DNA of 64,000 nucleotides from Armatimonadota bacterium (GCA_038207085.1 JBBRAE010000001.1:128001-192000); one strand, 5' to 3'. Positions 19,840-29,910 are shown, counted from the first letter of the stretch. The notes: generated by a model not told the origin, from the letters alone. Program-made: numbers and translations.

Positions 19840-20946
19840 TTAACCCTCCGGAGTTTTCTTTCGATACATTGGCAGCTTGCGGGCGAACCCCATACGTTGC
19901 GCGCCGTGGAGTTCAACCACCACACGCTCATCCTCTGCTGTCTGTTTAGGCAGATAGGCCATAGCAATACCCCGACCAAGTGTGGGCGAATAGGTGCCGC
20001 TTGTAACTCTGCCGCGACCGTGATCGGTGAGCACTGTGTCGCCATCGCGGGGGACTGTTCGTCCCTCCATTTCAATACCAACAAGCTTCACATTAGGCCC
20101 ATTTGAAGCCGTAGCGGCGATTGCAGCCCTTCCGATGAACTCCCCTTTGGTCAGTCGTGCAAACCTCATCAAGCCAACCTGCGCAAGGGTGATATTCTCG
20201 CTTAGCTCGTGACCATAGAGTGGAAGCCCCGCCTCAATTCGCAGAATATCCCTCGCGGCAAGACCGCAGGGCTGAATCCCCAAGTCGCTACCTGCCTCAA
20301 GCAGCCCCGACCAGACCCTTTGGGCGTCATTGGTCGCGCAGATGATCTCGAACCCATCCTCACCGGTATACCCCGTTCTAGCGGCGAAAATGCGAGCGCC
20401 CAAGGTAATGGTTTCAGTGAAGTGGAAGCGTGGGATGTGTCCTGCGCCAACTACACCGAAATCTCTCAGTATTTCGACAGATCGAGGCCCCTGCAGCGCA
20501 AACATAGCCGTAGCCTCAGTGCAGTCTTCCATACGAACATCTGGTGGCAGATGAGAACTGATCCAGGCCTTGTCTTTGTCCATGTTGGCGGCGTTGACTA
20601 CCAGGAGAAAGCTTTCAGAGGCACGGCGGTAGACTATGAGATCGTCTATTACGCCTCCGGCGTCGTTGCACATCAGGGTGTATTGACCTGCCCCATTCCC
20701 GAGCAGGGCAATGTCGTTTGTGAGGAGGCGCTGAAGTGAAAATTGAGCGTCCTTACCCACGATGTCGACCCTGCCCATATGGCTGACATCAAAGAGGCCT
20801 GCGGCATTTCGGACTGCGGCAGACTCTCTGAGAGCACTGCCGTAGTCGATAGGCAAAAGCCAGCCCGCATACTCGACGATCTTCGCGCCCGCGGACCTGT
20901 GAGTCTCGATCAGTGGAGGGGTTTTCATCCCAGTGATTTTGCCCAT
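19840..20946 (-). CDS. gcvT: Glycine cleavage system aminomethyltransferase T
   Basis: LFDVSHMG, RTGYTGEDGFE, GL.ARD.LR.EAG..LYGHE. Confidence 0.95.
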   Translation of the reverse strand: MGKITGMKTPPLIETHRSAGAKIVEYAGWLLPIDYGSALRESAAVRNAAGLFDVSHMGRVDIVGKDAQFSLQRLLTNDIALLGNGAGQYTLMCNDAGGVIDDLIVYRRASESFLLVVNAANMDKDKAWISSHLPPDVRMEDCTEATAMFALQGPRSVEILRDFGVVGAGHIPRFHFTETITLGARIFAARTGYTGEDGFEIICATNDAQRVWSGLLEAGSDLGIQPCGLAARDILRIEAGLPLYGHELSENITLAQVGLMRFARLTKGEFIGRAAIAATASNGPNVKLVGIEMEGRTVPRDGDTVLTDHGRGRVTSGTYSPTLGRGIAMAYLPKQTAEDERVVVELHGAQRMGFARKLPMYRKKTPEG

Positions 20947-20986
20947 CGGGGTGTGCTTTCAAACAGGCTCATCGGTCCCAGACACT

Positions 20987-21025
20987 AAAAAGAATGGGCA
21001 ACCAACTGTGATTGGTTGCCCATTC
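20987..21025 (-). terminator. Intrinsic terminator after the 1180-aa gene
   Basis: Minus strand gaatgggcaaccaat...ttggttgcccattc followed by TTTTT. Confidence 0.8.
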
Positions 21026-21034
21026 CAATGGGAG

Positions 21035-24000
21035 CTATTCGACGATGAACACTCGCAGCCCGTGTCCCTCTATCCCGAAACTTCCGGGCAGGTATTCACC
21101 GAGCTCATACTTGCGCTTGGTCTGGTTATAGATACTCTGAAGCTCTGCGCTGGTTTCTATGTCATATATACGCTTGAGCCTTCTCCCAAGAAGCGTGTCG
21201 TTGACAGTGAAAGGAACGTCGACAGCGTTCTTGTTCTCGTTCAAGACGACAAGAGCCGCCCGGTCTTTGCCCCTATAAACAGAACAGTAGACACCGGAAG
21301 TTCCTATCGCGACCATATCGGCACTTCTCCAGTAGCCTGTGAACGGGCACGTTTCTTTCTCCGAGAAGAACCCAACCTTGTCGTCGAGAAGACCGGCGAG
21401 CCTTGCGGCATCCAGATTCGCCCCGTCGCCTTTCCAGCCGATGTCGTGGATCAGGCACAGACCTGTAAGCACTCTCCAGCGCTTCCTAAGGTCTGCATTG
21501 CTGTAATCACCAGTCGATGAATATCCACGTTCGTCTATCTGATGAACGATACCCCGGCGGAGTCGGAATAGCGACCTGAACTGGTCCACGCTGAACTGAT
21601 CGAGCATTGAGTCTTTGATACCCGTCACGTAGAAGCCGTTCTCAACGTGCCAGCACATCTGGTTCCAAGACCACTCCGCGCCCATATTGCTGAGCCAGAA
21701 TGGTCGATTTCCAGCCTTTGCCTGCAGGGTGTTCAGCCTCTTCGTTACTTCCCGCCTTGTGAAGACGCTCCACTTCTGATAGAACTCCTTCTTAACAGGG
21801 TCATATTCGGTGATCAAGAAGTTGGACGCATTGTCCCACCAGGTGCCGTTGACAGGTGTCTTGGTGAGGAGTTTATTAGAGTACCAGATGAAGCAATCTA
21901 CCTGGCTCTGAACCCAGTTACAGCCAAACTCACCCATCTCATCTTCATACTTTGGCGCGTATGAACCAGCGAGGTTGTAGGCGCGGTCAGCTTCAGGAAT
22001 CTCCTTACCAGATGGCAGCGAGTTCCCCCATTCGCCCGCGTAGGTGTTGAACTCAGGCAGGTCCTTGCTCATATTTGAGTTTGATCCGTAGAAGACGATC
22101 GGTTTGCCTGACTCGATTGACTTTTGGAACTGGTCTGCGCGCTGGGAGTTGTAGCTATCAGACCTAGGCCCTACCGGATAGCCGGGATAGATACGCTTTC
22201 GGTCGTTTTGCAGTTTCTTCCCAGACATAAAGTCGTTCAAGGCGTCGCAGTCTTGGTCTTCGAGCCAGTAGCCGTCGGTGCTGCGACCCCAGCGACGCCA
22301 GCCGGTGATATAGGCTGTATAGGAGTGCTGATCGTCCTTGAACCACGACCACTTGCGTTCGCCGTCCGCCGTTTTTACAGGGTCGACGAGAAGTGCGAAG
22401 TGGATTTTCTTTTCAGTATCGAGCTTTGTATGAGCGGCGAAGATGTTGATTCTGAGCTCTACGCCGTCTTTGGTCCTGACGTACTGCACAGCCGGAAGCT
22501 TGTCGGACATTGTCCAGTCCCGGTTCTCTTCGCCAAACCACCATACACCCTTGTCGCCGTTCCCACAGTAGGCGATAGGGACAAAGCTTCCCCATTTCTC
22601 CCTGTTATCAGACATGGGAAGCAGTGTGCCGCTGTTCCAAACCACACCGTCACCGGCGGGGATTCGGTTCTTGCCGGCATCGATGCCATCGACGAATCGG
22701 TGGATATACATTGTGTCCGCGCCCTTCCAGAGTGGGATCACAAGGCTGAGCCGATCCAAATAGGCACCACTCTCACGGGGTTTGACGGTCATCTTGACGT
22801 CGTACCATCCGTCGATCTCCATATCGTTCTTCATCTCTACGGTTGCGCCGCCAAGATTGACGGACGACGCCACCTTGATGCGTGCGTCTTTAGCGTCCAC
22901 AATCGCGCTTTTGGCGTCTGTGGCTGCAACAGGCTGACCCGCCGATTCGGCTTCCAGGCGAATCGGCGACGCTAGAATATCTTCAGGCCCACCATCCCCA
23001 CCGGCCCGTACCTGCGCGAAGAGACCGTCAGCGCTGAGTTTGTAATCCCGGAGCACCGATTTTAGAGTCCCAGTGGCAGTGTCGGCCACAAGAGGCGTGT
23101 ACGGTGGCAAGACCATATCTTCGCAGCCGATCTTGTTACCCTCCCACGCATAGGTCCTGCGAAGGAACTTCTGCTCTTTCGTCGCAACCACCGTCTTGCC
23201 GTCAGCACCGATCAGGGTCATCTTGGCGAGGTAGTCACCAACCGGGAGCTTGCCTGTTTCGAAAGTCATTGATGCCATGAGCGTATCAGGAATTGCCACG
23301 CGAGATGTTGCGACTGCTTTCTTAACGTTCTTGGTGTTGTATATGCTCACAACAAACGCATTGGCGTTTCTGATCTTGTCGGACATGCCGAAGAAATCGA
23401 GATCAATCGACGATTTGGCGATGCCATATCCCGGCCAGTAACCGAAGTCCCAAACATACTCGCCAGCCTGAGGAGTTCGCTCTATCCACGGCTGTATGAA
23501 CTCTTTGTAGACCTCTGGGGTAAGCGCTGAGACGGGCATTTTGTTCTCATAGAGAACCCTGCGTGTCTCAGCACCAGACTGGGAGTCGACAGCGGGCATG
23601 GTAGCCAAAATATAGAGTGAGTTCTTGCCGTCAGTCGGCAAGCTCACCTTTTCGTTCACATCGATGGAGGTCTTGCTGCCTGGCTTCATCCAGGCAGTCT
23701 TTACGAGCTCTTTGATCGTGTTACCCTTGGGGTCTGTAAGTCTGACCAGAAGGTCAACAGGCGATGGGGTCTGCCACGGAGCGATCTCAAAACCGAGGTT
23801 CAGTTCGCCTTCGCGGACTTTGCCGCGCTTTGCGAATCGAAACGCGGGAGCATTCGGATCAAAAACGACCTCCCCAAACTCGTCCCATCCCGTCCAGCCA
23901 GTGCCGACCCAGCCTGCATAGTACGCGCCTATTGAATGATCAGCGCGCACGAGCTGAATTGTCCAAGACTTGCCATCAAGTGATTTGGTCGCCATCGCGT

Positions 24001-24577
24001 CAAGGGCGATGGAAAGCTCCAAATCCCAGTGATCCTTGTGTACGGAGGCTCTGCAAGCGCCCCCTGTGCTCCAGATGCGCTCGGATCCTGGAGTACCGTT
24101 ATGGTAAAAGTCGTCAGTAAAGACGCCGCGAGCATTTGCGATGACCTTGTAGAAGCCGTAGCCCTCCTTGGTCGTGTTATCCCGCCCCCGGGTGGCAATC
24201 TGAATCTCCACATGATCGTCCCACAGCACATCTTCACCGTCATTGACTTTACACTGGGCACGTGGCCAAGTGCCAGGGCGTTGCGGCGAACGCATAGCGA
24301 TGTAGAGATACTTGTCGTCATAGCCCATCCACCAACTGACGTCCTGCATCTCCGCGACCAGCGAGTTACCGCCCTGGAAATGTGTCACCATACCGGTGAT
24401 CATCGACGCATTGGCATATTCGTCTGCATTGATGACGCCGTCAATGGTTGGGGCTTGGGCCATTTTGCTGACAACCCACGTCGGATGTTTGTAGTCATTC
24501 GGGGCGGCTGCAACAACGGTACAAGCGCTTGTTATTACAGCCATAAAGATACTTACAAGTGTGATACGAGATAACAT
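21035..24577 (-). CDS. Large secreted putative glycoside hydrolase (CBM9-like N-terminus, DUF6067-like C-terminal region)
   Basis: Signal peptide; APTIDG.I...E, GYDDKYLYIA, DD.VEI (CBM9-like); PPYTPL, E.DG, GTWWDN; family assignment by eye. Confidence 0.6.
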   Translation of the reverse strand: MLSRITLVSIFMAVITSACTVVAAAPNDYKHPTWVVSKMAQAPTIDGVINADEYANASMITGMVTHFQGGNSLVAEMQDVSWWMGYDDKYLYIAMRSPQRPGTWPRAQCKVNDGEDVLWDDHVEIQIATRGRDNTTKEGYGFYKVIANARGVFTDDFYHNGTPGSERIWSTGGACRASVHKDHWDLELSIALDAMATKSLDGKSWTIQLVRADHSIGAYYAGWVGTGWTGWDEFGEVVFDPNAPAFRFAKRGKVREGELNLGFEIAPWQTPSPVDLLVRLTDPKGNTIKELVKTAWMKPGSKTSIDVNEKVSLPTDGKNSLYILATMPAVDSQSGAETRRVLYENKMPVSALTPEVYKEFIQPWIERTPQAGEYVWDFGYWPGYGIAKSSIDLDFFGMSDKIRNANAFVVSIYNTKNVKKAVATSRVAIPDTLMASMTFETGKLPVGDYLAKMTLIGADGKTVVATKEQKFLRRTYAWEGNKIGCEDMVLPPYTPLVADTATGTLKSVLRDYKLSADGLFAQVRAGGDGGPEDILASPIRLEAESAGQPVAATDAKSAIVDAKDARIKVASSVNLGGATVEMKNDMEIDGWYDVKMTVKPRESGAYLDRLSLVIPLWKGADTMYIHRFVDGIDAGKNRIPAGDGVVWNSGTLLPMSDNREKWGSFVPIAYCGNGDKGVWWFGEENRDWTMSDKLPAVQYVRTKDGVELRINIFAAHTKLDTEKKIHFALLVDPVKTADGERKWSWFKDDQHSYTAYITGWRRWGRSTDGYWLEDQDCDALNDFMSGKKLQNDRKRIYPGYPVGPRSDSYNSQRADQFQKSIESGKPIVFYGSNSNMSKDLPEFNTYAGEWGNSLPSGKEIPEADRAYNLAGSYAPKYEDEMGEFGCNWVQSQVDCFIWYSNKLLTKTPVNGTWWDNASNFLITEYDPVKKEFYQKWSVFTRREVTKRLNTLQAKAGNRPFWLSNMGAEWSWNQMCWHVENGFYVTGIKDSMLDQFSVDQFRSLFRLRRGIVHQIDERGYSSTGDYSNADLRKRWRVLTGLCLIHDIGWKGDGANLDAARLAGLLDDKVGFFSEKETCPFTGYWRSADMVAIGTSGVYCSVYRGKDRAALVVLNENKNAVDVPFTVNDTLLGRRLKRIYDIETSAELQSIYNQTKRKYELGEYLPGSFGIEGHGLRVFIVE

Positions 24578-24728
24578 TGATTATTCCTCCGATTTCTGTA
24601 GACGCAGTATTTCTCAGTTGATTACCAGCCTATTGCCAAGATGAGCTCTTTGCACAGTTATCACAAAATCCGTTAACAGGCTTACGGGTTGACTATAATG
24701 GATATAGTATCCCAGTAAAGGACAAACC

Positions 24729-25835
24729 GTGATGCGACATACACTGGTTCAAAGTTTCACATACGCGTTGGCGGGCATAGATCAGCAGGCGGCTGATAGC
24801 TATGACAGGCATAGGGGGGAAATACTCAGCAGCGTGAACGCCGCGATTGAGTCCCGAAGCGATATTGAAGCGCTGACCGGCCCCGGGCCCATCGATGTAC
24901 TGCGCACCAACCACGCAAATCACATCGAGTTCATCTCCTCGATCTTTCGGGTCAAGACTGCGCCCGTGCTAGTGGATGTAGTGCTATGGGTTTATCGCAG
25001 TTACATCGAGCGAGGGTTCAGCCCGGATTACTTTCCAATTGAGATTCAGGAGTTCAGAAACGCTATCGCGAAGTATCTGCCTCCCGCGAGCGCAGAACCA
25101 ATTCTGCTGTTCTATGACCTGATGCAGAGAAGCCATGAGGAGTTTCTAAGCCTATCTGAGACCTCTTCTATTTGTACTACTGCCACAACGAAAGCACGCG
25201 ATCAGTTTGACATCTATCTCGGAGCTGTCCTTAGGCCAAGCAGCGCTGAAGCGGTGGCGGTCACCCGTGAGTTTGTTTATACGCCGGAAGACATCCGGTT
25301 TTGGTGGCAGGAGGTTATTCAGCCTGTATTGTATGAGGTAGGCAGGCTTTGGGCTGATGGAGAAGTGAGTGTTGGTCAGGAACATTTGGCGTCCTCGATA
25401 TCACAGCGCGTGATGTCAATATTTTATCCCATTATTCTTGAGATCCCCAAGGACAAAGGGACGATCGTTTTTGCAGCCTCCCCTGGAGAATTGCATGATA
25501 TCGGACCGAGGATGATGTCCGATTTTCTTGAAATCTGGGGGTGGAATGTCTACTATACAGGCGCAGATACGCCTGCGGACAGCGTGGTCGACGTGATTGG
25601 CCGCACAGGAGCGCGCTTTCTTTGTGTTTCCACTACTGTGCCATTCAATCTCTTAAACACTAAGCGGCTGGTGCAGACCGTGAGAGAAAGCTACGGCGAC
25701 AGCGTAGGGATCCTGGTAGGCGGACAGGCCTACTGTATAGATCCTGAACTGTGGAAACAGATCGGCGCCGATGCATATGCCCAGACAATAGAAGACGCAG
25801 CCAGCTTCCTCGAATCATGGCAGGCAAACGAGTAA
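24729..25835 (+). CDS. Cobalamin-binding sensor protein (N-terminal helical/globin-like domain plus CarH-type B12 module)
   Basis: W-X9-EH (LWADGEVSVGQEH), GELHDIG, S.T, VGGQA. Confidence 0.85.
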   Translation: MMRHTLVQSFTYALAGIDQQAADSYDRHRGEILSSVNAAIESRSDIEALTGPGPIDVLRTNHANHIEFISSIFRVKTAPVLVDVVLWVYRSYIERGFSPDYFPIEIQEFRNAIAKYLPPASAEPILLFYDLMQRSHEEFLSLSETSSICTTATTKARDQFDIYLGAVLRPSSAEAVAVTREFVYTPEDIRFWWQEVIQPVLYEVGRLWADGEVSVGQEHLASSISQRVMSIFYPIILEIPKDKGTIVFAASPGELHDIGPRMMSDFLEIWGWNVYYTGADTPADSVVDVIGRTGARFLCVSTTVPFNLLNTKRLVQTVRESYGDSVGILVGGQAYCIDPELWKQIGADAYAQTIEDAASFLESWQANE

Positions 25836-25866
25836 TCACGGCAGCTGATCTCACCGGACAAATCGA

Positions 25867-25910
25867 CTAACAGAGCATTATTCACGCTACTCGTGAATAA
25901 TGCGGGGTAG
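25867..25910. mobile_element. Half copy (right arm) of the 73-bp palindromic element
   Basis: ctaacagagcattattcacg-ctact-cgtgaataatgcggg-gtag matches the right halves of copies at 6901 and 31249. Confidence 0.7.
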
Positions 25911-26091
25911 TATTGTGCTCCGTAAGGAAAGAATACATCACTCATAACGTATGACTTTCACGTGGCGACATACATCAATTCTGTAGTGATGGCGGATATT
26001 CGGCACGGTGATATCGGAGGATATTTGGCTCAATGTGGTGAAGCAGTCAAGGATATCGATAGGATTCGATACTGAGACAGGAGGGTGTACG

Positions 26092-28131
26092 TTGATACGA
26101 AGAAAGTTTTTCACCACAGCATTCACCATCGGGCTGTTGGCCGTTGGGATTGCCTGCTCGGCACGCTTGGATGTGAAGCGTGACATCTGGCAGCTCGCTC
26201 CGCAGGAATCGGTGCTTGTCGCCGGTTTTGACTGGCGGCCCGAGAACTCCAGCGTTCGCGTTCTCAAGAGTGCTCAAACTCCCGAGGCGCAAGATATGCT
26301 CGCCAGACAGCAAGTCGCTATGCGCAAGGCCTACGAGAACCTCGCCACGCTTTTCGGAATATCACTCGATTTCGCAAAGGACATCGGGAGCTGGGCCGGA
26401 CAGGAGTCTGCGTTTGTACTCGTCCCTGATGGTAAACAGGGTGTTCAGCCGGTATTAATGATCGCCAGCAACGATGCCGCATCGGCTGATTTGGCGCTCA
26501 ACAAGATACTTGAGCCTTGGCAGAGGCTCGGCGATGTAACTCTTGTGGCCGACAAAGACTTTTCTATCAGATCGTTCAAGGCCGCCGACAAGAGCATGGA
26601 AGTATACGCAGCAGTATCGGGATCGCTCGTCGCTGTCTCGCCGTCGAAGTCTGCCCTTGCGCTATCTCTTCACGGCACAGGCTTCGCCGAAGGCACACCT
26701 GGTTACAAGGCCTTTAAATCCCTTGAAGGATCTATGTTCTATCTCTATGCTGACCCCTCGATGGCAGAGAAGATGGGAACAAATGCCACCAACATTCCTT
26801 TGACCGGACTTGGAGTTGGGCTTACCGTAGTTGACGCCGGAGTGAAGCTAAAGGCGCTGGGGTTCGTCGCTCCTGACCAGGCCGCACTTGCCAAAATGGC
26901 ACTCTCCGGTCAGCAGCAAGGGAGCCTTTCGGTGAACCCGGGAATTCCGTCCACTACTCTGGTGGCTGCATCGCTTCCACAGATCTCAGGGCTCTCCGGA
27001 ATGGCGGGAATGTTCGGCATGGGCGACAGCCCGATTTTCGACACGGTGCTCGCACTCAGCGACACCCAGATGTCTGTCGCGATGACCGCCGCGCTACCCG
27101 TGCCCGGTGGTGTCGCCACCGCGATGGCGGAGTCCGATCAGGCCGCGGGCGAGAAAGTCGGCAAGATCGTCGCTAATCTGCGAAAGATGAAAGTACCTGT
27201 GACTGAAGCAAAAGCAGTATCGGGCCAGAAGACATATCAGTTCACCATCCCGAAAGGGCCTAAGGTGACGCTCACGCAAATTGGCAAGCACGTCGTCGTC
27301 GCAACCGACCCGCAATCGTTGACTTCTGCTGCAGTGACAATCAACGGAGCTCAGGCGGGCGTCGCTGATTCTCTTACCTATAAAGAGACAATCGCCAACC
27401 TCGACAACAGCAATCTTGTGACAATCTACGCGAACCTGGCGCCACTTCGAGGTCTGGGGTACTTGACTGATGGTATCGGCCTCGGGCTTATTGAACCCAT
27501 CTACGGAGCTCTCGCAAAAAGCCTGCAGAAAGTGCAGGCTCTCGGAATCGGCGCTGGATTTGACGGTGATGCAGTTCACGCGACCGTGTTTCTCAGAGCG
27601 AACCCTGAGATCGGAACAGATATTGCACCCGTAGCACTTACATCCGCGATCATCGGCAGTGCTGTGCTCTTCCCGGTTTTCAGTCAGGTTCGTGACCAGG
27701 CAAGCAAGGCCTCCTGCGTGTATAATCTGCAGGAACTTGCCAAAGCCGCAATGCTTTATCAATCCGATTTCGAAAAACTGCCCGTTCGCACGAAGTGGCA
27801 GTCGCAGCTTGAGGAGTACATTCAAGGCGAAGTGAAATGCGCGCAGGGCGACGTGGTCTATGCGTTCAACAAGAACCTTAGCGGCTTGGATATTGACAAG
27901 ATCAAGAATCCGTCACAAGTCGTGATGTTCTTTGAGGCCTCACCCGGGCTCCCGAACGCTTCTGGAAGCAGGGCTGATGCACTTCTGCCCCACAATGGAC
28001 AGGGCGCATTCGCCTATGTGGACGGTCACGTGGAGCAGCAATGGGAAGTCCCCAGCCAGTATCACTGGGTTCCAAAATACGCCCAGCCCAAAGCCGCAAC
28101 AAAGAAGACACCGGTCAAGAGCCGACGATAG
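26092..28131 (+). CDS. Exported DUF3352-like protein fused to a DUF1559/H-X9-DG pilin-like module
   Basis: TTG after GGAGG; RRKFF leader; C-terminal LFPVFSQVRDQA.KASC..NL and HNGQGAFAYVDGHV. Confidence 0.7.
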   Translation: MIRRKFFTTAFTIGLLAVGIACSARLDVKRDIWQLAPQESVLVAGFDWRPENSSVRVLKSAQTPEAQDMLARQQVAMRKAYENLATLFGISLDFAKDIGSWAGQESAFVLVPDGKQGVQPVLMIASNDAASADLALNKILEPWQRLGDVTLVADKDFSIRSFKAADKSMEVYAAVSGSLVAVSPSKSALALSLHGTGFAEGTPGYKAFKSLEGSMFYLYADPSMAEKMGTNATNIPLTGLGVGLTVVDAGVKLKALGFVAPDQAALAKMALSGQQQGSLSVNPGIPSTTLVAASLPQISGLSGMAGMFGMGDSPIFDTVLALSDTQMSVAMTAALPVPGGVATAMAESDQAAGEKVGKIVANLRKMKVPVTEAKAVSGQKTYQFTIPKGPKVTLTQIGKHVVVATDPQSLTSAAVTINGAQAGVADSLTYKETIANLDNSNLVTIYANLAPLRGLGYLTDGIGLGLIEPIYGALAKSLQKVQALGIGAGFDGDAVHATVFLRANPEIGTDIAPVALTSAIIGSAVLFPVFSQVRDQASKASCVYNLQELAKAAMLYQSDFEKLPVRTKWQSQLEEYIQGEVKCAQGDVVYAFNKNLSGLDIDKIKNPSQVVMFFEASPGLPNASGSRADALLPHNGQGAFAYVDGHVEQQWEVPSQYHWVPKYAQPKAATKKTPVKSRR

Positions 28132-28138
28132 AACTTCA

Positions 28139-28171
28139 GCAGGGCGACGACTTTACAAGTTGTCGCCCTGC
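28139..28171. terminator. Hairpin between convergent genes
   Basis: gcagggcgacgact...agttgtcgccctgc. Confidence 0.65.
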
Positions 28172-28175
28172 AATC

Positions 28176-29108
28176 TCAACGCACGCAATCGATCAAGCGC
28201 CCGTAATTCTCCTCTACCCGACTGACAACCGCCGCGCAGGTGTTCGCATCCCTAATGTGGGTTTCATAGATAAGCGGACCTGCATAACCGACTTCCACTA
28301 ACGCCCCAAGCACCGCAGTCCAGTCCAGAGTCCCCTCAAAAGGCAGCCAGTGGCGCTCCTGCCCGTCCTGATCGCTTATGTGGACGCTTCTTATCAACTT
28401 CCCCGCACGTCTAATGAGGCTCGGCACGTCTTCTGGTGGGAACAGGTGATTCACATCGAAGTTGATCCCGACGTTTGGCAAGTCCACCATCGACACGATC
28501 TCCAGAACCTCGTCAAGCGAGTTTCCCGGCTCTTGTTTGGGCAGTGGCTCGACCGCGATCGCCACTCCAAGCTCACCTGCAAGCGCGGTAACCTGCCCTA
28601 TTGTCTCTGCCGATATCTTCAGGCGCTCTTTCTTTGAAACGCTATACTCGACGTTTGCGCCGGGATGGGCGACGACCACACCCGCGCCGATTCGAGCCGC
28701 AGTTCGCACCGCGTCTGTATACGCCGAAACGGCCCCTTGCCGGGCTTCATCGTCTGGCGCAGAAGGGTCGATATACTTCCCATAGGGCGCATGCACGGAC
28801 CAGAGTTCAACCCGAGGGTTGTTCGCAACGATCTCAATGATCGATTCGCTCTCCCAAGCGCATGAATGATAGCACTCCATCGATGATATCGAGCTTGCGT
28901 TGACCTCGGACATCATCTCTCGCATAAACTCACCCATCATAGCATTCTGAGGAGCGTCGAGCTTACTGGGCCGTCCGTGGATGGAGTTTCTGTAAGCCGC
29001 AATGAGGACTTCTTCTGGCATCGCGTAGATAAAGGCGCTCCCGGATATGCCGAGGCGCAACGGGTTATTCAAATCACTTTTCCTTTCGGTTTGGGGATCG
29101 CAGAACAA
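28176..29108 (-). CDS. Sugar phosphate isomerase/epimerase family protein (start uncertain)
   Basis: SVHAPY, VV.HPG, AVEP, FDVNH, HISD.DG..RH..P.EG..DW, YE. Confidence 0.85.
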   Translation of the reverse strand: MFCDPQTERKSDLNNPLRLGISGSAFIYAMPEEVLIAAYRNSIHGRPSKLDAPQNAMMGEFMREMMSEVNASSISSMECYHSCAWESESIIEIVANNPRVELWSVHAPYGKYIDPSAPDDEARQGAVSAYTDAVRTAARIGAGVVVAHPGANVEYSVSKKERLKISAETIGQVTALAGELGVAIAVEPLPKQEPGNSLDEVLEIVSMVDLPNVGINFDVNHLFPPEDVPSLIRRAGKLIRSVHISDQDGQERHWLPFEGTLDWTAVLGALVEVGYAGPLIYETHIRDANTCAAVVSRVEENYGRLIDCVR

Positions 29109-29910
29109 ACACAGAGATCTCCGGGCGCGAGTGAAACCTGATGTGAAACGGGTTCACAATGCCTATTCCACGGTTCACATACATATTCGCCTGCCCAACC
29201 TTGAACCATCCCTTCACATACCTGCACCCGAGCAGTCCAGGGAGCATGGATCGTGGGATCGGCGGAAGATCGACCTCCCCACCGTGCGTGTGGCCAGTGA
29301 GCGCAAGGCACTTCTTACCGGCAAACAACCTCGCAGCAACGGGAGTGTGCGACAACAATACCTGTGCGGCGCTTTCGTCGACACCCGACCACGCGAGGCC
29401 TACATCTGGGTGCCCCGCCCACGCGTCGTCGATGCCGATCAGATAGAGCCCACCCGCGATGCGGCGATTGTCGTTAGTCAGAAGCACGATCCCCTCACGC
29501 CGAAGAGCACGCTTTACGCCGTCGACTCCATGCCAGTAGTCGTGGTTGCCAAGCACTGCGTAGGTGCCGCGCTTGGCGTTGATCATCGATAATATTCTGG
29601 CGCACCCCGGTGCGTTCGCCGAAGAGCCGCTCACAAAGTCACCGGTTATTACGGCTATGTCTGGGCTCTCGCGGTTTGTGATCCCAACGGCTCTTTTGAT
29701 CAAATAGTCTCGCCCCGAGCCATTGCGGTGAATGTCGCTTAGTTGAACGATCTTGAGTCCGTCCAGGCTCTTTGGAAGACCCGCCGCAGTCACCTCATAG
29801 TGGGTTACTTGAAACCAGCGAGGTTCGATGTACCTCGCGTAGAGTGCAGCGGCTACTAACAAAATGATGATCGTAAGGAATATACTTCGTACGCGCGGTA
29901 GTTTCGGCAA
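29074..29910 (-). CDS. Membrane-anchored metallophosphoesterase (YkuE-like)
   Basis: SDIH, TGDF, GNHD, LSH.P, GHTHGG, VNRGIG. Confidence 0.9.
   Translation of the reverse strand: MPKLPRVRSIFLTIIILLVAAALYARYIEPRWFQVTHYEVTAAGLPKSLDGLKIVQLSDIHRNGSGRDYLIKRAVGITNRESPDIAVITGDFVSGSSANAPGCARILSMINAKRGTYAVLGNHDYWHGVDGVKRALRREGIVLLTNDNRRIAGGLYLIGIDDAWAGHPDVGLAWSGVDESAAQVLLSHTPVAARLFAGKKCLALTGHTHGGEVDLPPIPRSMLPGLLGCRYVKGWFKVGQANMYVNRGIGIVNPFHIRFHSRPEISVFVLRSPNRKEK

Noticed and set aside
19132..20106. 324-aa plus-strand ORF and similar long antisense ORFs (22124, 27094, 31443, 44994, 48599)
   Set aside because: Shadow frames opposite well-supported genes, with no recognisable motifs
20946..21035. Glycine riboswitch upstream of gcvT
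   Set aside because: The space is under 90 bp, is occupied by a terminator and shows no aptamer consensus
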